The translations under genes and the position numbers were made by a program. Below the pieces are notes generated by a model. The model was not told the DNA's origin. It saw only the letters and a program-made list of their open reading frames with translations, and made no database searches. DNA of 64,000 nt from Candidatus Multivoradales bacterium (lineage in GTDB: Bacteria > Acidobacteriota > Thermoanaerobaculia > Multivoradales > JAHEKO01). Of the stretch, positions 29,516-40,309 are shown piece by piece. The stretch covers positions 1,216,001 to 1,280,000 of the forward strand of contig CBDCXM010000009.1 of NCBI GenBank assembly GCA_965223855.1, read 5' to 3'. How positions within the stretch are numbered: position 1 is the stretch's first letter; the number at the start of each line of letters is the position of its first letter.

Positions 29516-30520
29516 ATGTTTCGGACTCTGCGAGCGATAGCGATCTGTCTCGCGGCGCTGGTGTTGCTGGCGTTCGCGCTCTTCCTCGTCAACCAGACCG
29601 CGCAGATCGTCGAGCTGGCCGAGCGTCTCGACCCGCGCTTCGGCACGGCGGTGTTGTGGCTGCTGGTCGCGGGCTTCGCCGGCCTGCTGATCACCCCGGC
29701 GGTGCTGTGGCTTCGCCTGCCGCCGGCGCTCAGCCCCCCGGTGACCGATTCGGGGCCTGAGTTCGAGCGCCATCTCACGCGGCTGCGCAGGAGGCTCGCG
29801 CGCCACCCGGGAGTCGAGGGGCCGCTCGAGACGAGGGAGGAGATCGAGAGTGCCCTCGCACGCCTCGGCGAGGAGGCGGAGGCGATGGTGCGCGAGTCCG
29901 CCGCCGCGGTCTTCCTCTCGACCGCGATCTCCCAGAGCGGCCGGCTCGACGCCTTTCTCGTGCTGGGCGCCCACTTCCGCCTCGTCTGGCGGATGGCGCA
30001 CCACTACTACCAGCGGCCGTCGCTCAGGGACATGCTGTTTCTCTACGCCAACGTCGGCGCCACGGCTTTCCTGGCTGGCGAGCTCGAGGACATCGACGTC
30101 AGCGAGCAGGTACAGCCGATCCTCTCGTCGGTGCTCGGCAGCGCCGCGACGGCGATCCCCGGCTTCCAGACCGCTTCGACGATCCTCGTCCACTCGGTGC
30201 TCACCGGGTCGGCGAACGCTTTCCTCACCCTGCGGGTCGGCATGATCGCCCGCGGCTACTGCTCTTCGCTGGTGCGCCAGGAGCGCCGCCCGCTGCGTCG
30301 CTCGGCAAGCGCTCAGGCGGCGAGGATGCTCGGCGCGATCGTCAGCCGCGGAGCGCGCACCCTGGTGAAGTCGGTCGCCAGGGCATCGAAGGACAAGCTC
30401 TTCGGCACCACTCCCGAGGCGGAGGCGCTGCTCGAGGAGGGCGACGATCTCGAGACGTCCATCACCGGGACGCCGAAGTCCGGCTGGTGGTCGCGCTTCC
30501 GGCGCGGCACCGCAGGTTGA
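29516..30520 (+). CDS. YcjF/DUF697 family membrane protein
   Basis: Two N-terminal TM helices, TAISQSGRLD, and GSANAFLTLRVG. Confidence 0.75.
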   Translation: MFRTLRAIAICLAALVLLAFALFLVNQTAQIVELAERLDPRFGTAVLWLLVAGFAGLLITPAVLWLRLPPALSPPVTDSGPEFERHLTRLRRRLARHPGVEGPLETREEIESALARLGEEAEAMVRESAAAVFLSTAISQSGRLDAFLVLGAHFRLVWRMAHHYYQRPSLRDMLFLYANVGATAFLAGELEDIDVSEQVQPILSSVLGSAATAIPGFQTASTILVHSVLTGSANAFLTLRVGMIARGYCSSLVRQERRPLRRSASAQAARMLGAIVSRGARTLVKSVARASKDKLFGTTPEAEALLEEGDDLETSITGTPKSGWWSRFRRGTAG

Positions 30521-30522
30521 GG

Positions 30523-31248
30523 CTACCCGGTCGCGAATCGCCGCGAGCGGGTGAGCTGCCGCAGCACGTAGAAGAAGAGCATCGCGATCGAGGCAAAGAG
30601 CGCCAGCGCCTCGGCGACGTAGCGGTTCTTCCGATGCCTCCTGAGGACCCGTGAGGTGTCGTGGAGGATGCCGCCGCCGGCGAGCGCGATCATGCCCAGG
30701 TTGAACCAGGTGCCGAGGTGCCAGCCGAAGGCGAGCGCGGCGACGATGGTGACGATCGCCATCAGGCCGCCCCAGCGCAGCAGGCTTCCGAGGAACGAAA
30801 AGTCGGCGCCGCTCCACCAGACGACGAGGGTGAGCGCCGCGGTGCCCATCAGCGTGATCTGTGCGGCGCTCGCGATCAGGTCGGGGGCGAAGCGCTCGGC
30901 CCGCACCAGGAGCGGCACGACGATGATCCCCTTGGCGACGACGTAGCCGGCGAGCGCGGCGTACTGGGCGAGCACCGAGTCGAGCTTCCACGCCGCCTTG
31001 CGCGCCAGCCAGCCGACGACCATGAAAGCGCCCAGGATCAGAATCCACGGCACCTCCCGCAGGCTTTCGAGCAGCCGGTGGGCGAGGCCGCTGCGGAAGA
31101 GCGCCACCTCGAAGGCGACCAGGGCGACGAGCGCGCCGGCGACGTGCAGGTAGACGCGGGTGAGGAACCCCTGCCGCGCCTCGGCTCTCCCTGCGCCCCG
31201 TCCTGAGGGCCGGCCGCCGCGGCCCCGTGCTGCCGCCTTCGTCGTCAC
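30523..31248 (-). CDS. Bax inhibitor-1/YccA family membrane protein
   Basis: FLTRVY, DFSFLG, ILHDTS.V, YVAEALALF, seven TM helices. Confidence 0.85.
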   Translation of the reverse strand: MTTKAAARGRGGRPSGRGAGRAEARQGFLTRVYLHVAGALVALVAFEVALFRSGLAHRLLESLREVPWILILGAFMVVGWLARKAAWKLDSVLAQYAALAGYVVAKGIIVVPLLVRAERFAPDLIASAAQITLMGTAALTLVVWWSGADFSFLGSLLRWGGLMAIVTIVAALAFGWHLGTWFNLGMIALAGGGILHDTSRVLRRHRKNRYVAEALALFASIAMLFFYVLRQLTRSRRFATG

Positions 31249-31249
31249 G

Positions 31250-31945
31250 TCAGAACGGAACGTCGACCGCCTGGCACAGCCAGCGGATGAACGGCGCGGC
31301 CAGCTTGCAATGGGCTTCGAAGTTGTCGAGGAAGTCCGGTGACAGGATCTCCTTCTGTGTGAAACGGGCCGAGGCGATGAAGTCCTTACGCTTCAGATCC
31401 TCGATCAGCGGGTGGTCCTCGTCGTAATCGCGCGGCGCGCGCTTGAGAGACTCGCCGCCGAAGTCGAACCGATCGCGGAAGCGCGCGTTGTCGCGCACCC
31501 GCTTCCAGCCGCGACGGTCGGTGTCGATCCTGGCGCGGATCCCCTTGAGACTCGGTGAGTCGGGATGCCACATGCCGACGCCGATGAAGCTCCCGCCCGG
31601 CTCGACGTGGAGGTAGAAGCCGGGGGCGTGTACGTCCTTCGCCTGCTTGTGGCGGAACTGGATGCCGAGGTGGGTTTTGTAGGGCGTCTTGATCTTCGAG
31701 AAGCGGGTGTCCCGGTAGATCCGGAACAGCGATCCTCCGGTCGCCTTCGGGATGGCGTTGAAGTGCGGGCTGATCTTCGCCAACCGCGGGCCGAAGTCGC
31801 TGATGAAGGCGAGCGCCGGATCCTTGAGATGGTCTTCGTAGCGATCCTTGTTGGCCTGGAACCAGTCGCGATCGTTGTTGGCGGCCAGATCCTTGAGGAA
31901 GGCGAAGAGGGCGGGCCGGAAGCGGGCGGTCGAGGTGGCGGGCAT
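31250..31945 (-). CDS. DUF2461 / TIGR02453 family protein
   Basis: Has its own ATG at 31945 with a CAGGAG RBS. FLKDLAANNDRDWF, FRIYRDTRFSK.KTPYK, LKRAPRDY, LKRKDF. Confidence 0.92.
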   Translation of the reverse strand: MPATSTARFRPALFAFLKDLAANNDRDWFQANKDRYEDHLKDPALAFISDFGPRLAKISPHFNAIPKATGGSLFRIYRDTRFSKIKTPYKTHLGIQFRHKQAKDVHAPGFYLHVEPGGSFIGVGMWHPDSPSLKGIRARIDTDRRGWKRVRDNARFRDRFDFGGESLKRAPRDYDEDHPLIEDLKRKDFIASARFTQKEILSPDFLDNFEAHCKLAAPFIRWLCQAVDVPF

Positions 31946-31994
31946 CTGACGGGTCTCCTGTTCGGTGAGAGGCGCCAGTGTAACCACTTGTGCG

Positions 31995-33490
31995 TCAGCG
32001 ACCCCGATCGACGAAGACGACCCTGACACGGCCGAAGCCCCATTTCGGGTTTTCGGCGACGACGATCTCGGGTTGCCCGTCGCTGTCGAGATCGGCGGCG
32101 ATCGGCCGCCCGAAGCGGGCACCGATGCCGTCCTCGACGGCGACCCCGAGTCGTCGACGGTGACGGAGCCGGACTCTCGCGGCAGCTCTTCGCCGGGGAT
32201 CACCCGCCAGGGCTTGCGGGCGACGAGCCTGCGACTGCGGGTTTCCTCGCCTGGATGGATGCGTAGCGCTCCGTCGCTGAGCAGCACCAGATCGGCCAGC
32301 CCGTCGCCGTCGAAGTCGTCACCCAGGTGCCAGCCCTGCGCGGCTGCGTCGATCCGGGTCCTTCTCGGCTGTGCTTCGAAGCCGCGGCGCCCGTGGTTGA
32401 GGAACGCCTCGGCCACGGTTTCGCCGCCCCCGAGGCCGTCGGTCTGCAGTACGACCAGGTCGTCATCGCCGTCGTCGTCGAGGTCGAGGACGCGTGGCTC
32501 TACCGCCTGCCAGCGGCGGCTCGTCACCTGACGGTTCCACCACGGGCCGCTCCCCTGCTGAGTGCGATCGGAACGCAGGGCGAACAGGTGGAGCGTCTGG
32601 CGCTCGAGGGGGCCGACTTCGTCGGCGGAGTTGGTGGCGACCAGTAGCACCGGGCGATCGTCGATCACGGTAAACCAGCTCCGTTGTACGACCGAGGGTG
32701 TGGGGAGGTTGGACCACGCCTCGATCTCGACTCCGTCGTCGTGGAGCCGGCTCGCCAGTCTCCGGGGGCCGATCGCCAGTGGGCCGGCGGCGACGACCAG
32801 ACGCCCTCCCTGCCGCAGGACCGCGACCGGAGGGCTGGTGCGGCGCAGTCCGAAGGCGTGGCGGGTGGCGTCGACCGGCAGCAGGAGAGTCCCGCCGGCG
32901 CGAAGACTTCCGCCGGGGGTCGGCAGGAGCATGCGCAGAGCACCCACCTCCGGCAGAGCCAGCCGGGGTGGTCCGTCGAGTGGCAGGGCGGCTCCGAAAT
33001 GGATCGCCGCGCCGCGCCACAGTTCGGTGGGTGGTCCCTCTGAGGGGCTCCCCGGCAGCTGCAGAAGCCGGTCGCGAGTGCCGCCGATGAGTTCGCGCAC
33101 GCCGTCACCGTCTAGGTCGAGGGTGCGCAGCGCCGAGAGATCGGAGGGCAGTTCGAGATCGACTGCCTCCAACGTCTCCGCCTCCGGATCGAATCGGTAG
33201 AGATGATGGAAGGGCGGATCTTCGTCTCCCTCCAACTCGGCAGGCCGTTCGGGCGCCGCGAGCAGGAAGAGGACCCGCCGGCCGGCCCCTCCCGCCCCAC
33301 CCCCCTCGCACCAGTCGAGGAGGCGTCCCGGGACCGAGGCGATGAGAGTGGTGGCCCCTTCGGAGGCGATCGTCCGCACTCCCGTCGGCGGGTGGGTGAC
33401 GACCGGGTCGTAGTCGTCCTTCCCGTCGCCCCTGGCGGCGGCTGCCGACAGGAAGAGTGCTGCAGCCGCGATACCGGCGACTCGTCTCAT
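31995..33490 (-). pseudogene. FG-GAP/VCBS repeat secreted protein with a one-base frameshift at about 32144-32147 (possibly a sequencing error)
   Basis: Signal peptide and DLDGDG-type repeats. Adding one G to the GGGG run restores VAVEDGIGARFGRPIAADLDSDGQPEIVVAENPKWGFGRVRVVFVDRGR followed by a stop at 31995. Confidence 0.8.
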
Positions 33491-35124
33491 CTTCGCTCGT
33501 CTCCGCTCAGGTAGATCTCGAGCCGGGCGGCAGCACTCTCGCCGCGACCCTCGCGCGGCAGCGGCTGGGTGACGGCGAGATCGTCGCGCCCGTCGCCGTC
33601 GAGGTCGCGGACGGCGACCAGCGCCAGGTCGCGCGGCGCGGCGAGAAGGGGAATCGTCAGATCGGGCGTAGAGGGGAAGCGGCAGCCGTCCCGGCCGAGA
33701 TGAACGGTGGCCGTCTCGCCACGTCCGATCTGCAGGAAGTCGCGCCGCCCGTCGCCGTCGAAATCGCCGCGAAACAGCGAGAGCTGACTCTGGCGGAAGT
33801 TCCTCAGGTCGAGACGGAAGACGCCCGAGAGGTCGAGCCCTTCGACCCGCTGGAAGGAACCGTTACCCTGCTGGCAGTGAACCTGGAAGTCGAGCCCGAT
33901 CTTGAGGGTGCGGGTGACGACGATCCGCAATGCCTGGAGCACGGAGAAGTCGAGCGTCACGGTCACGAGGTCCCGCCGCCTGTCACCATCCAGGTCTGTG
34001 AGGCTGCCCGACATGCCGATGTCGGACGAGCCGGCGAAGGCGTAGCCGGTCGCGTCGAAGGCGAGGCGCGGTTCGTCGTGGCGTCGCAGTCCGGGGCCGG
34101 CGCCGTGGACGCGGTACGAGGCGCGTGGGCGCCGGGCGGCTTCGAGCTCCTCTCGCATGCCGGCCTCGTCCGGCGGCTCGTGAGTCTCCTGAACGACATA
34201 CTCGGCCCTGCCGTCGCCGTCGAGATCGTCGAACAACACCACTCGGGGGCCGTCGGCATCGGGATCGACGGGCTGACGCTCACCGAGCGGACCGATCATG
34301 GGGCCGAACCGCGCCCCGAAGGCCGACCCCTCGTTGCGGGCGACGTGGAAGCGCCGCCAGCCGTGCGTCGGATGGGGGAACAGCAGGTCGGCCCTGCCGT
34401 CCCCGTCGATGTCGCGCACCTCGGGCAGCGAGAGGTCGGAGCGACGGGCGGTGGCGACGTCGTCGAAGAGGGGCCGCTCGAAGGTCGCCTCGGCGACCGG
34501 CGCCAGTCCTTCGGAAGTCCCTCGGTGAAGGGCCCAGCCGTCGTCGAGCGGCAGGAGCGCATCCGGCCACGGGTCGTCGTCGAGCCGGTGAGTCCAGGAG
34601 AGTTCCGGCAGGAAGGTCGAGCTGCCGGCGAGGATCGGCGAGGCCTCGACGACGGTGCGCCAACGAAACTGCCGCGACGGACCCTCGACGTTCGCTTCCA
34701 GCAGGGCGAAGCCGTCGTCGGTCAGCGCCAGCAGCGGGCTCGCCGGGTGATCCCACCCCTCCAGCGTGTGGATCGCCGTCGTCATCTCCAGCGGTTCGGC
34801 CAGGGGTGCCCACTTGCCGTCATCGTGGTCGAAGAGCCACAGCTCGCGACGGTCGAGCAGCGCCGGGACGATCGTCAGCACCTCGACCAGCCCTTCGACC
34901 TCGTCGATCTCGCTCGTCTCCTCGACCGCGATCTCGTCCCACGTCGAGTAGACGACGACGATCGCCAGCTCCGGCGCCGGGTCGCCGTCGAGCTCGACCG
35001 GAGTGATCTGAGCGGGCAACCCCGGGAGGTCGATGCTTGTCGCCCGATGCTCGGCCCCACAGGGAGGCGACAGGCCGGCACAGAGGACGAAGAGGGCGGC
35101 AGAAGCTGTGGGAAGCGACTTCAT
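33487..35124 (-). CDS. FG-GAP/VCBS repeat secreted protein
   Basis: Start at ATG 35124 (MKSLPTASAALFVLC). Repeats DIDGDGRADL, DLDGDGRAE, DFDGDGRRD, DLDGDGRDDL. ATGA overlap with the next gene. Confidence 0.88.
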   Translation of the reverse strand: MKSLPTASAALFVLCAGLSPPCGAEHRATSIDLPGLPAQITPVELDGDPAPELAIVVVYSTWDEIAVEETSEIDEVEGLVEVLTIVPALLDRRELWLFDHDDGKWAPLAEPLEMTTAIHTLEGWDHPASPLLALTDDGFALLEANVEGPSRQFRWRTVVEASPILAGSSTFLPELSWTHRLDDDPWPDALLPLDDGWALHRGTSEGLAPVAEATFERPLFDDVATARRSDLSLPEVRDIDGDGRADLLFPHPTHGWRRFHVARNEGSAFGARFGPMIGPLGERQPVDPDADGPRVVLFDDLDGDGRAEYVVQETHEPPDEAGMREELEAARRPRASYRVHGAGPGLRRHDEPRLAFDATGYAFAGSSDIGMSGSLTDLDGDRRRDLVTVTLDFSVLQALRIVVTRTLKIGLDFQVHCQQGNGSFQRVEGLDLSGVFRLDLRNFRQSQLSLFRGDFDGDGRRDFLQIGRGETATVHLGRDGCRFPSTPDLTIPLLAAPRDLALVAVRDLDGDGRDDLAVTQPLPREGRGESAAARLEIYLSGDERR

Positions 35125-35229
35125 GAAGTGCCGTGCGCGGGGGCTCGCTCGCTCCGGTGCGCTGCTACTGTAGCGATTCGCGGCCGCCGGGAATTCCCGC
35201 TCCGGGCGCGTCGGCATTCGTTCCCCGTG

Positions 35230-36195
35230 ATGATCGAAGACGTCCTCTCAGCCGCCGAGCGCCTGCATGGCGTCGCTCACCGCACGCCGGTCGCCACCAG
35301 CCGCATCCTGGACGAACGGGTCGGCGCGACGGTGCTGCTCAAGTGCGAGAACCTGCAGCGCGTCGGCGCCTTCAAGTTCCGGGGTGCGTACAACGCCATC
35401 CGGCAGCTCTCCGACGAGGAGCGTCGTGCCGGCGTCCTCGCCTATTCCTCCGGCAATCACGCGCAGGGGGTGGCGCTCGCGGCGAAGCTGCTCGAGACAC
35501 CGGCGACGATCGTCATGCCGGCCGACGCCCCGCGCACCAAGCTCGCCGCGACCCGCGGCTACGGTGCGCGGGTGGTCGAGTACGACCGCGAGCAGACGAC
35601 CCGCCGCGAGGTGGCGCAGCGGATCCGGGAGGGCACCGATCTGACCCTCATCCCGCCGTTCGATCATCCGCACATCGTCGCCGGGCAGGGGACCGCCGCG
35701 CTCGAGCTCATCGAGGAGGTCGGCGAGCTCGACCTGCTGCTGACCCCGGTCGGCGGCGGCGGGCTGCTCGCCGGCAGCGCCGTCGCGGCCCGTCACGCCA
35801 GTGCGGGGGCGAAGGTCGTCGGCGTGGAGCCGGAGCTGGCGGACGATGCCGCACGCTCGTTCGCCACCGGCACGCTCCAGTACGTGCGCAACCCGCCGAC
35901 GATCGCCGACGGCACGCGCACCGAGTCGCTCGGCGAACTCACCTTCGCGCTGATCCGCGAGCACGTCGACGACATCGTCACCGTCTCCGAGGAGGCGATC
36001 TGCGACGCCGTGAGGTTTCTCTTCACCCATCTCAAGCTGGTCGTCGAGCCGTCCGGGGCGTTGGGAGTTGCGGCGCTCCTGACCGGTGCCGTAGAGGCCG
36101 GGGGCAGGGTCGGCGTCGTGCTCAGCGGGGGCAACGTCGACGGCGAGGTGATGGCGGCGATCCTTCGCGGCGAACCACCGTCGTCCGCGGTGTAA
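35230..36195 (+). CDS. PLP-dependent serine/threonine dehydratase family (threo-3-hydroxyaspartate ammonia-lyase / serine racemase-like)
   Basis: KCENLQRVGAFKFRGA, SSGNHAQG, PVGGGGL, VEPSGA, LSGGN. True start at about 35230. Confidence 0.92.
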   Translation: MIEDVLSAAERLHGVAHRTPVATSRILDERVGATVLLKCENLQRVGAFKFRGAYNAIRQLSDEERRAGVLAYSSGNHAQGVALAAKLLETPATIVMPADAPRTKLAATRGYGARVVEYDREQTTRREVAQRIREGTDLTLIPPFDHPHIVAGQGTAALELIEEVGELDLLLTPVGGGGLLAGSAVAARHASAGAKVVGVEPELADDAARSFATGTLQYVRNPPTIADGTRTESLGELTFALIREHVDDIVTVSEEAICDAVRFLFTHLKLVVEPSGALGVAALLTGAVEAGGRVGVVLSGGNVDGEVMAAILRGEPPSSAV

Positions 36196-36204
36196 CTTAG
36201 GCCC

Positions 36205-36564
36205 GTGGACACGATCTCCTTCGACGCCTTCTGGTCTTGGCTGCAGGGCCACGTCAACTGTCTCGTGCGCGTGGCGAGCGAGGAGGCGGTGCTCTTCGAC
36301 GACGACGATCTTCATTGGTTCATCGGCCCGCTCGACGGCACCCAGGTGGTGCAGGCGATCCGCGGCAAGCGGTTGATGGCCGAACTGGTGATCGACCCCG
36401 AGCGGGTGACCTACGTGCAGGCGGTGGGAGAGGAGCGCAGCGGCGAATATCTGTTCGAGGCGATCAGCGAGACGGAGACCGATCGGCGTGCCGCCTACAC
36501 GTTCGTGCTCGTCCACAATCTCGACAGCGAGGCGGACCCGGGACACAGCCACGGCGTCCACTGA
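36205..36564 (+). CDS. Hypothetical protein
   Basis: Compact 119-aa ORF with host-like codon use, tightly packed in the operon. Confidence 0.7.
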   Translation: MDTISFDAFWSWLQGHVNCLVRVASEEAVLFDDDDLHWFIGPLDGTQVVQAIRGKRLMAELVIDPERVTYVQAVGEERSGEYLFEAISETETDRRAAYTFVLVHNLDSEADPGHSHGVH

Positions 36565-36616
36565 GCCGACACCGACAAACAAGCCGGGCAGGACCGACGG
36601 GGGAGGACTCGAGCCG

Positions 36617-37870
36617 ATGAAGACCTCACGAAGAAGGCTGCTCCAGGGAGCGGGCGGTGCGGCCCTCGCCGCTCAGCTCGGCGCCATCCGTCGCGTCGCG
36701 GCCGCCACCGTGCCATCGCCCTCCGGCGGACGGGCGGACTACCTGCTCGACGACGGGGTCGCCTACCTCAATCACGCCTCCATCGGGACGGTGCCGCGGG
36801 TGGTTCACGCCGCCCATGTCGGCTATCTCGAGCTGTGCGAGAGCAATCCGTGGCTCTACATGTGGTCGGACCCGTGGCGCGAGCCGGTCGATGAGGTGCG
36901 GACCCAGGTCGGCAACCTGCTCGGCTGCGCCACCGAAGAGGTGGCTCTGGTCCACAACACCACCGAGTTCTTCAACACGCTGGCTCAGGGGCTGCCGATC
37001 GGGCCGGGAGACGAGGTGCTTTTCAGCTCCCTCAACCACAGCGGAGCCAGTGTCTGCTGGGAGAATCAGGCACCGGCGCGCGGCTTCTCGGTCCGGCGCT
37101 TCGACTGGCCGCTCGATCGGGTCCCGGAGATGACGGCCGACGAGGTGGTCGAGCTCCACGCCGGGCAGATCTCATCGGCGACGGCGGTACTCGTGCTGCC
37201 GCACGTCGACAACCGGGTCGGACTGCGGCACCCGGTACGCCGCCTCGCCGCTCTCGCCCGTGAGCGTGGAGTGCGCTGGGTGCTGATCGACGGCGCTCAG
37301 AGCGTGAACGTGCTGCCGGTCGATGTGGGACAACTCGACGTCGACGCCTACGTCACCAGTGCTCACAAGTGGACGCAGTCTCCCAAGGGTCTCGGTTTCG
37401 CCTACGTGCGGCGGGAGCGGCAGGGGGAGATCCGGCCGATGTGGGTCACCTGGGGGCAGCGGCTGTGGGGGAGCGACGCCCGCCGTTTCGAGGACTACGG
37501 CACTCGCGCGCTGCCTGCGGTGATCGCGCTCGGCGACGCTCTGGCATTCCAGGCCCGTCTCGAACCGTCCGAGAGGGAAGCGCGCCATCGCGGGCTGTGG
37601 GCGACGCTGCGCAAACGGGCCGCCGAGGTCCCGCAACTGCGCTGGCGCTCGCCTTCGAGCTGGGATCTGGCAGCCGGGCTTTCGGCGGTGTCGGTCGAGG
37701 GGCGCTCGAGCGCCGAGGTCGGACGCGCGCTCTTCGAGGAGCACGGCATCGTCATGCGAGCCTTCTCCGAGCCCGGCTTCGACGCTTTGCGGATCTCCCC
37801 CAACCTGATGAACTCGGCGGACGATCTGGAACGATGGGCGGGCCTGGCGGTTTCGGACCGCCGAGTCTGA
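36617..37870 (+). CDS. Class V aminotransferase (isopenicillin N epimerase / cysteine desulfurase-like), Tat-exported
   Basis: GGAGG RBS, SRRRLL twin-arginine signal, YLNHASIG, IDGAQ, TSAHKW (PLP Lys). Confidence 0.88.
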   Translation: MKTSRRRLLQGAGGAALAAQLGAIRRVAAATVPSPSGGRADYLLDDGVAYLNHASIGTVPRVVHAAHVGYLELCESNPWLYMWSDPWREPVDEVRTQVGNLLGCATEEVALVHNTTEFFNTLAQGLPIGPGDEVLFSSLNHSGASVCWENQAPARGFSVRRFDWPLDRVPEMTADEVVELHAGQISSATAVLVLPHVDNRVGLRHPVRRLAALARERGVRWVLIDGAQSVNVLPVDVGQLDVDAYVTSAHKWTQSPKGLGFAYVRRERQGEIRPMWVTWGQRLWGSDARRFEDYGTRALPAVIALGDALAFQARLEPSEREARHRGLWATLRKRAAEVPQLRWRSPSSWDLAAGLSAVSVEGRSSAEVGRALFEEHGIVMRAFSEPGFDALRISPNLMNSADDLERWAGLAVSDRRV

Positions 37871-37925
37871 GTGGCATCGGTGGCTCCATCCGCGGAGCGA
37901 CCGGGTCTAACCTGAGGAGAGTGGG

Positions 37926-38885
<960 letters not shown>

Positions 38886-38920
38886 GCCGACGACGACGGA
38901 GCCGGTCAGGCTGGAGCCGC

Positions 38921-39817
38921 ATGATCGCGAAGCGCGACAAGCGACCGACCGCCGACGCGGGCGACCTGCTCGCCCGGGTGCGTGCGCTGGAGCTGGCCGC
39001 ACGCCGCAATGCCGCCGGTCGGCTGGAGGGGCGTTGGGCGACCTCGATCAAGGGGCGCGGTCTGCTGTTCGAGGAACCGCGGCGCTATGTCCCCGGGGAC
39101 TCGGTGCGCCGAATCGACTGGAACATTACCGCCCGCGTCGCCGAGCCCCACGTCCGGGTGCATCGGGAGGAGAGGCAACGGCGGGTGCTGCTGCTCGTCG
39201 ACGTATCGCCGTCGATGCACTTCGGGACCCGCCGTTGCACCAAGCTCGAGCTGGCGGTGGAGCTGGCGGCGACGCTCGCGGTGTCGGCGGTCGAGGCGGG
39301 TGACCGGGTCGGCTACGTCACCTTCGCCGATCGCGTGCTTTCCGACAGCCGGCCGCGGGGCGGGCGGGCACAGCTCTTTCGCACGCTGCGGGCGCTCCTC
39401 GACGCCACCGGCGAGTGGCGCCGCACGGTCGAGCTGTCCGATCCACGCGCCGCGATTCATCGCGCCGAGAGCTACGGCGGCGGGGCGATGTCGATCTTCG
39501 TTCTCTCCGATTTCCTCGACGAGGACATCGCCCGCGATCTCGCCTATCTGCGGCCGCGTCACGAGGTCTCCCTGCTGGGACTGTTCGATCCGCTCGAACT
39601 CGAGCTGCCGGCGGCGCCTCGCCTTCTGACGCGCGCCGCCGAAGGCGGGCGGAGGGTGGTGCAGAGGTCGGTGCAGAGAGCCCGGACGACGGAGCTGGCC
39701 CGCCATCACGAAGCGGTCCGCCTCTCGGCCGCCCGTCGCGGCATCGCCTGGGTCACCGCTTCCACCGCGGAATCTGTCGACCAGGTGATGCTTCGGCTGC
39801 TGAGGGTCCCGCGATGA
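38921..39817 (+). CDS. DUF58 domain protein
   Basis: GRGLLFEEPRRYVPGDSVRRIDWNITAR, VDVSPSM.FG, SDFL. Confidence 0.92.
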   Translation: MIAKRDKRPTADAGDLLARVRALELAARRNAAGRLEGRWATSIKGRGLLFEEPRRYVPGDSVRRIDWNITARVAEPHVRVHREERQRRVLLLVDVSPSMHFGTRRCTKLELAVELAATLAVSAVEAGDRVGYVTFADRVLSDSRPRGGRAQLFRTLRALLDATGEWRRTVELSDPRAAIHRAESYGGGAMSIFVLSDFLDEDIARDLAYLRPRHEVSLLGLFDPLELELPAAPRLLTRAAEGGRRVVQRSVQRARTTELARHHEAVRLSAARRGIAWVTASTAESVDQVMLRLLRVPR

Positions 39818-40299
39818 TCTCCTGGCCCGAGCTGGCGGTGGAGACCCGGGAGCCTCTGCGTCTGATCGAGCCGTTCCCGTGGGGACGGGTCGTCGTGCTG
39901 ACGGTGCTCACCGGGACGGTGCTCTGGCTGGCCGGGAGGGTGGTCCTGCGCTGGCTGAGGGCGCCCCGGACGGGAAAGGTGGAGGTGCCCGTAGCGCCGC
40001 TCGACCCGTTCGAGGAGGCTCTGATCCGTCTCAGGAAGCGCACCCGGGAGAGCCTCGACTATCGCCGCGGCTGCCACGAGCTCGCGCGCCTGGTGCGCGA
40101 GGACTACGCCGCCCGCCGCGGCGGCCAGGTCGAAACCTGGACCGCAGCGGAGTCTGTGAGGATGCATGCCGACGACGCCGGCGCGGTCTTGCTGCAGCAG
40201 ATCGCGGGTACCCGTTTCGGCCGCCGTCCGCCGGTCGCGGCGACGTTCGATGCGCTGTGCGAGCTGGCGCTCGAGACCTGGCAGGCTTTGCGATCGTGA
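39814..40299 (+). CDS. Single-TM accessory protein of the MoxR/Bat operon
   Basis: ATGA overlap with DUF58, one TM helix, and the usual position between DUF58 and BatA. Confidence 0.7.
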   Translation: MISWPELAVETREPLRLIEPFPWGRVVVLTVLTGTVLWLAGRVVLRWLRAPRTGKVEVPVAPLDPFEEALIRLRKRTRESLDYRRGCHELARLVREDYAARRGGQVETWTAAESVRMHADDAGAVLLQQIAGTRFGRRPPVAATFDALCELALETWQALRS

Positions 40300-40309
40300 G
40301 GCGGAAGTC

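Noticed and set aside
31250-33490. Novel VCBS-DUF2461 fusion protein
   Set aside because: It is explained by a one-base frameshift near 32145, and DUF2461 has an independent start.
33457-36195. 912-aa dehydratase with a long N-terminal extension
   Set aside because: The extension is antisense to the VCBS gene. The dehydratase starts at about 35230.
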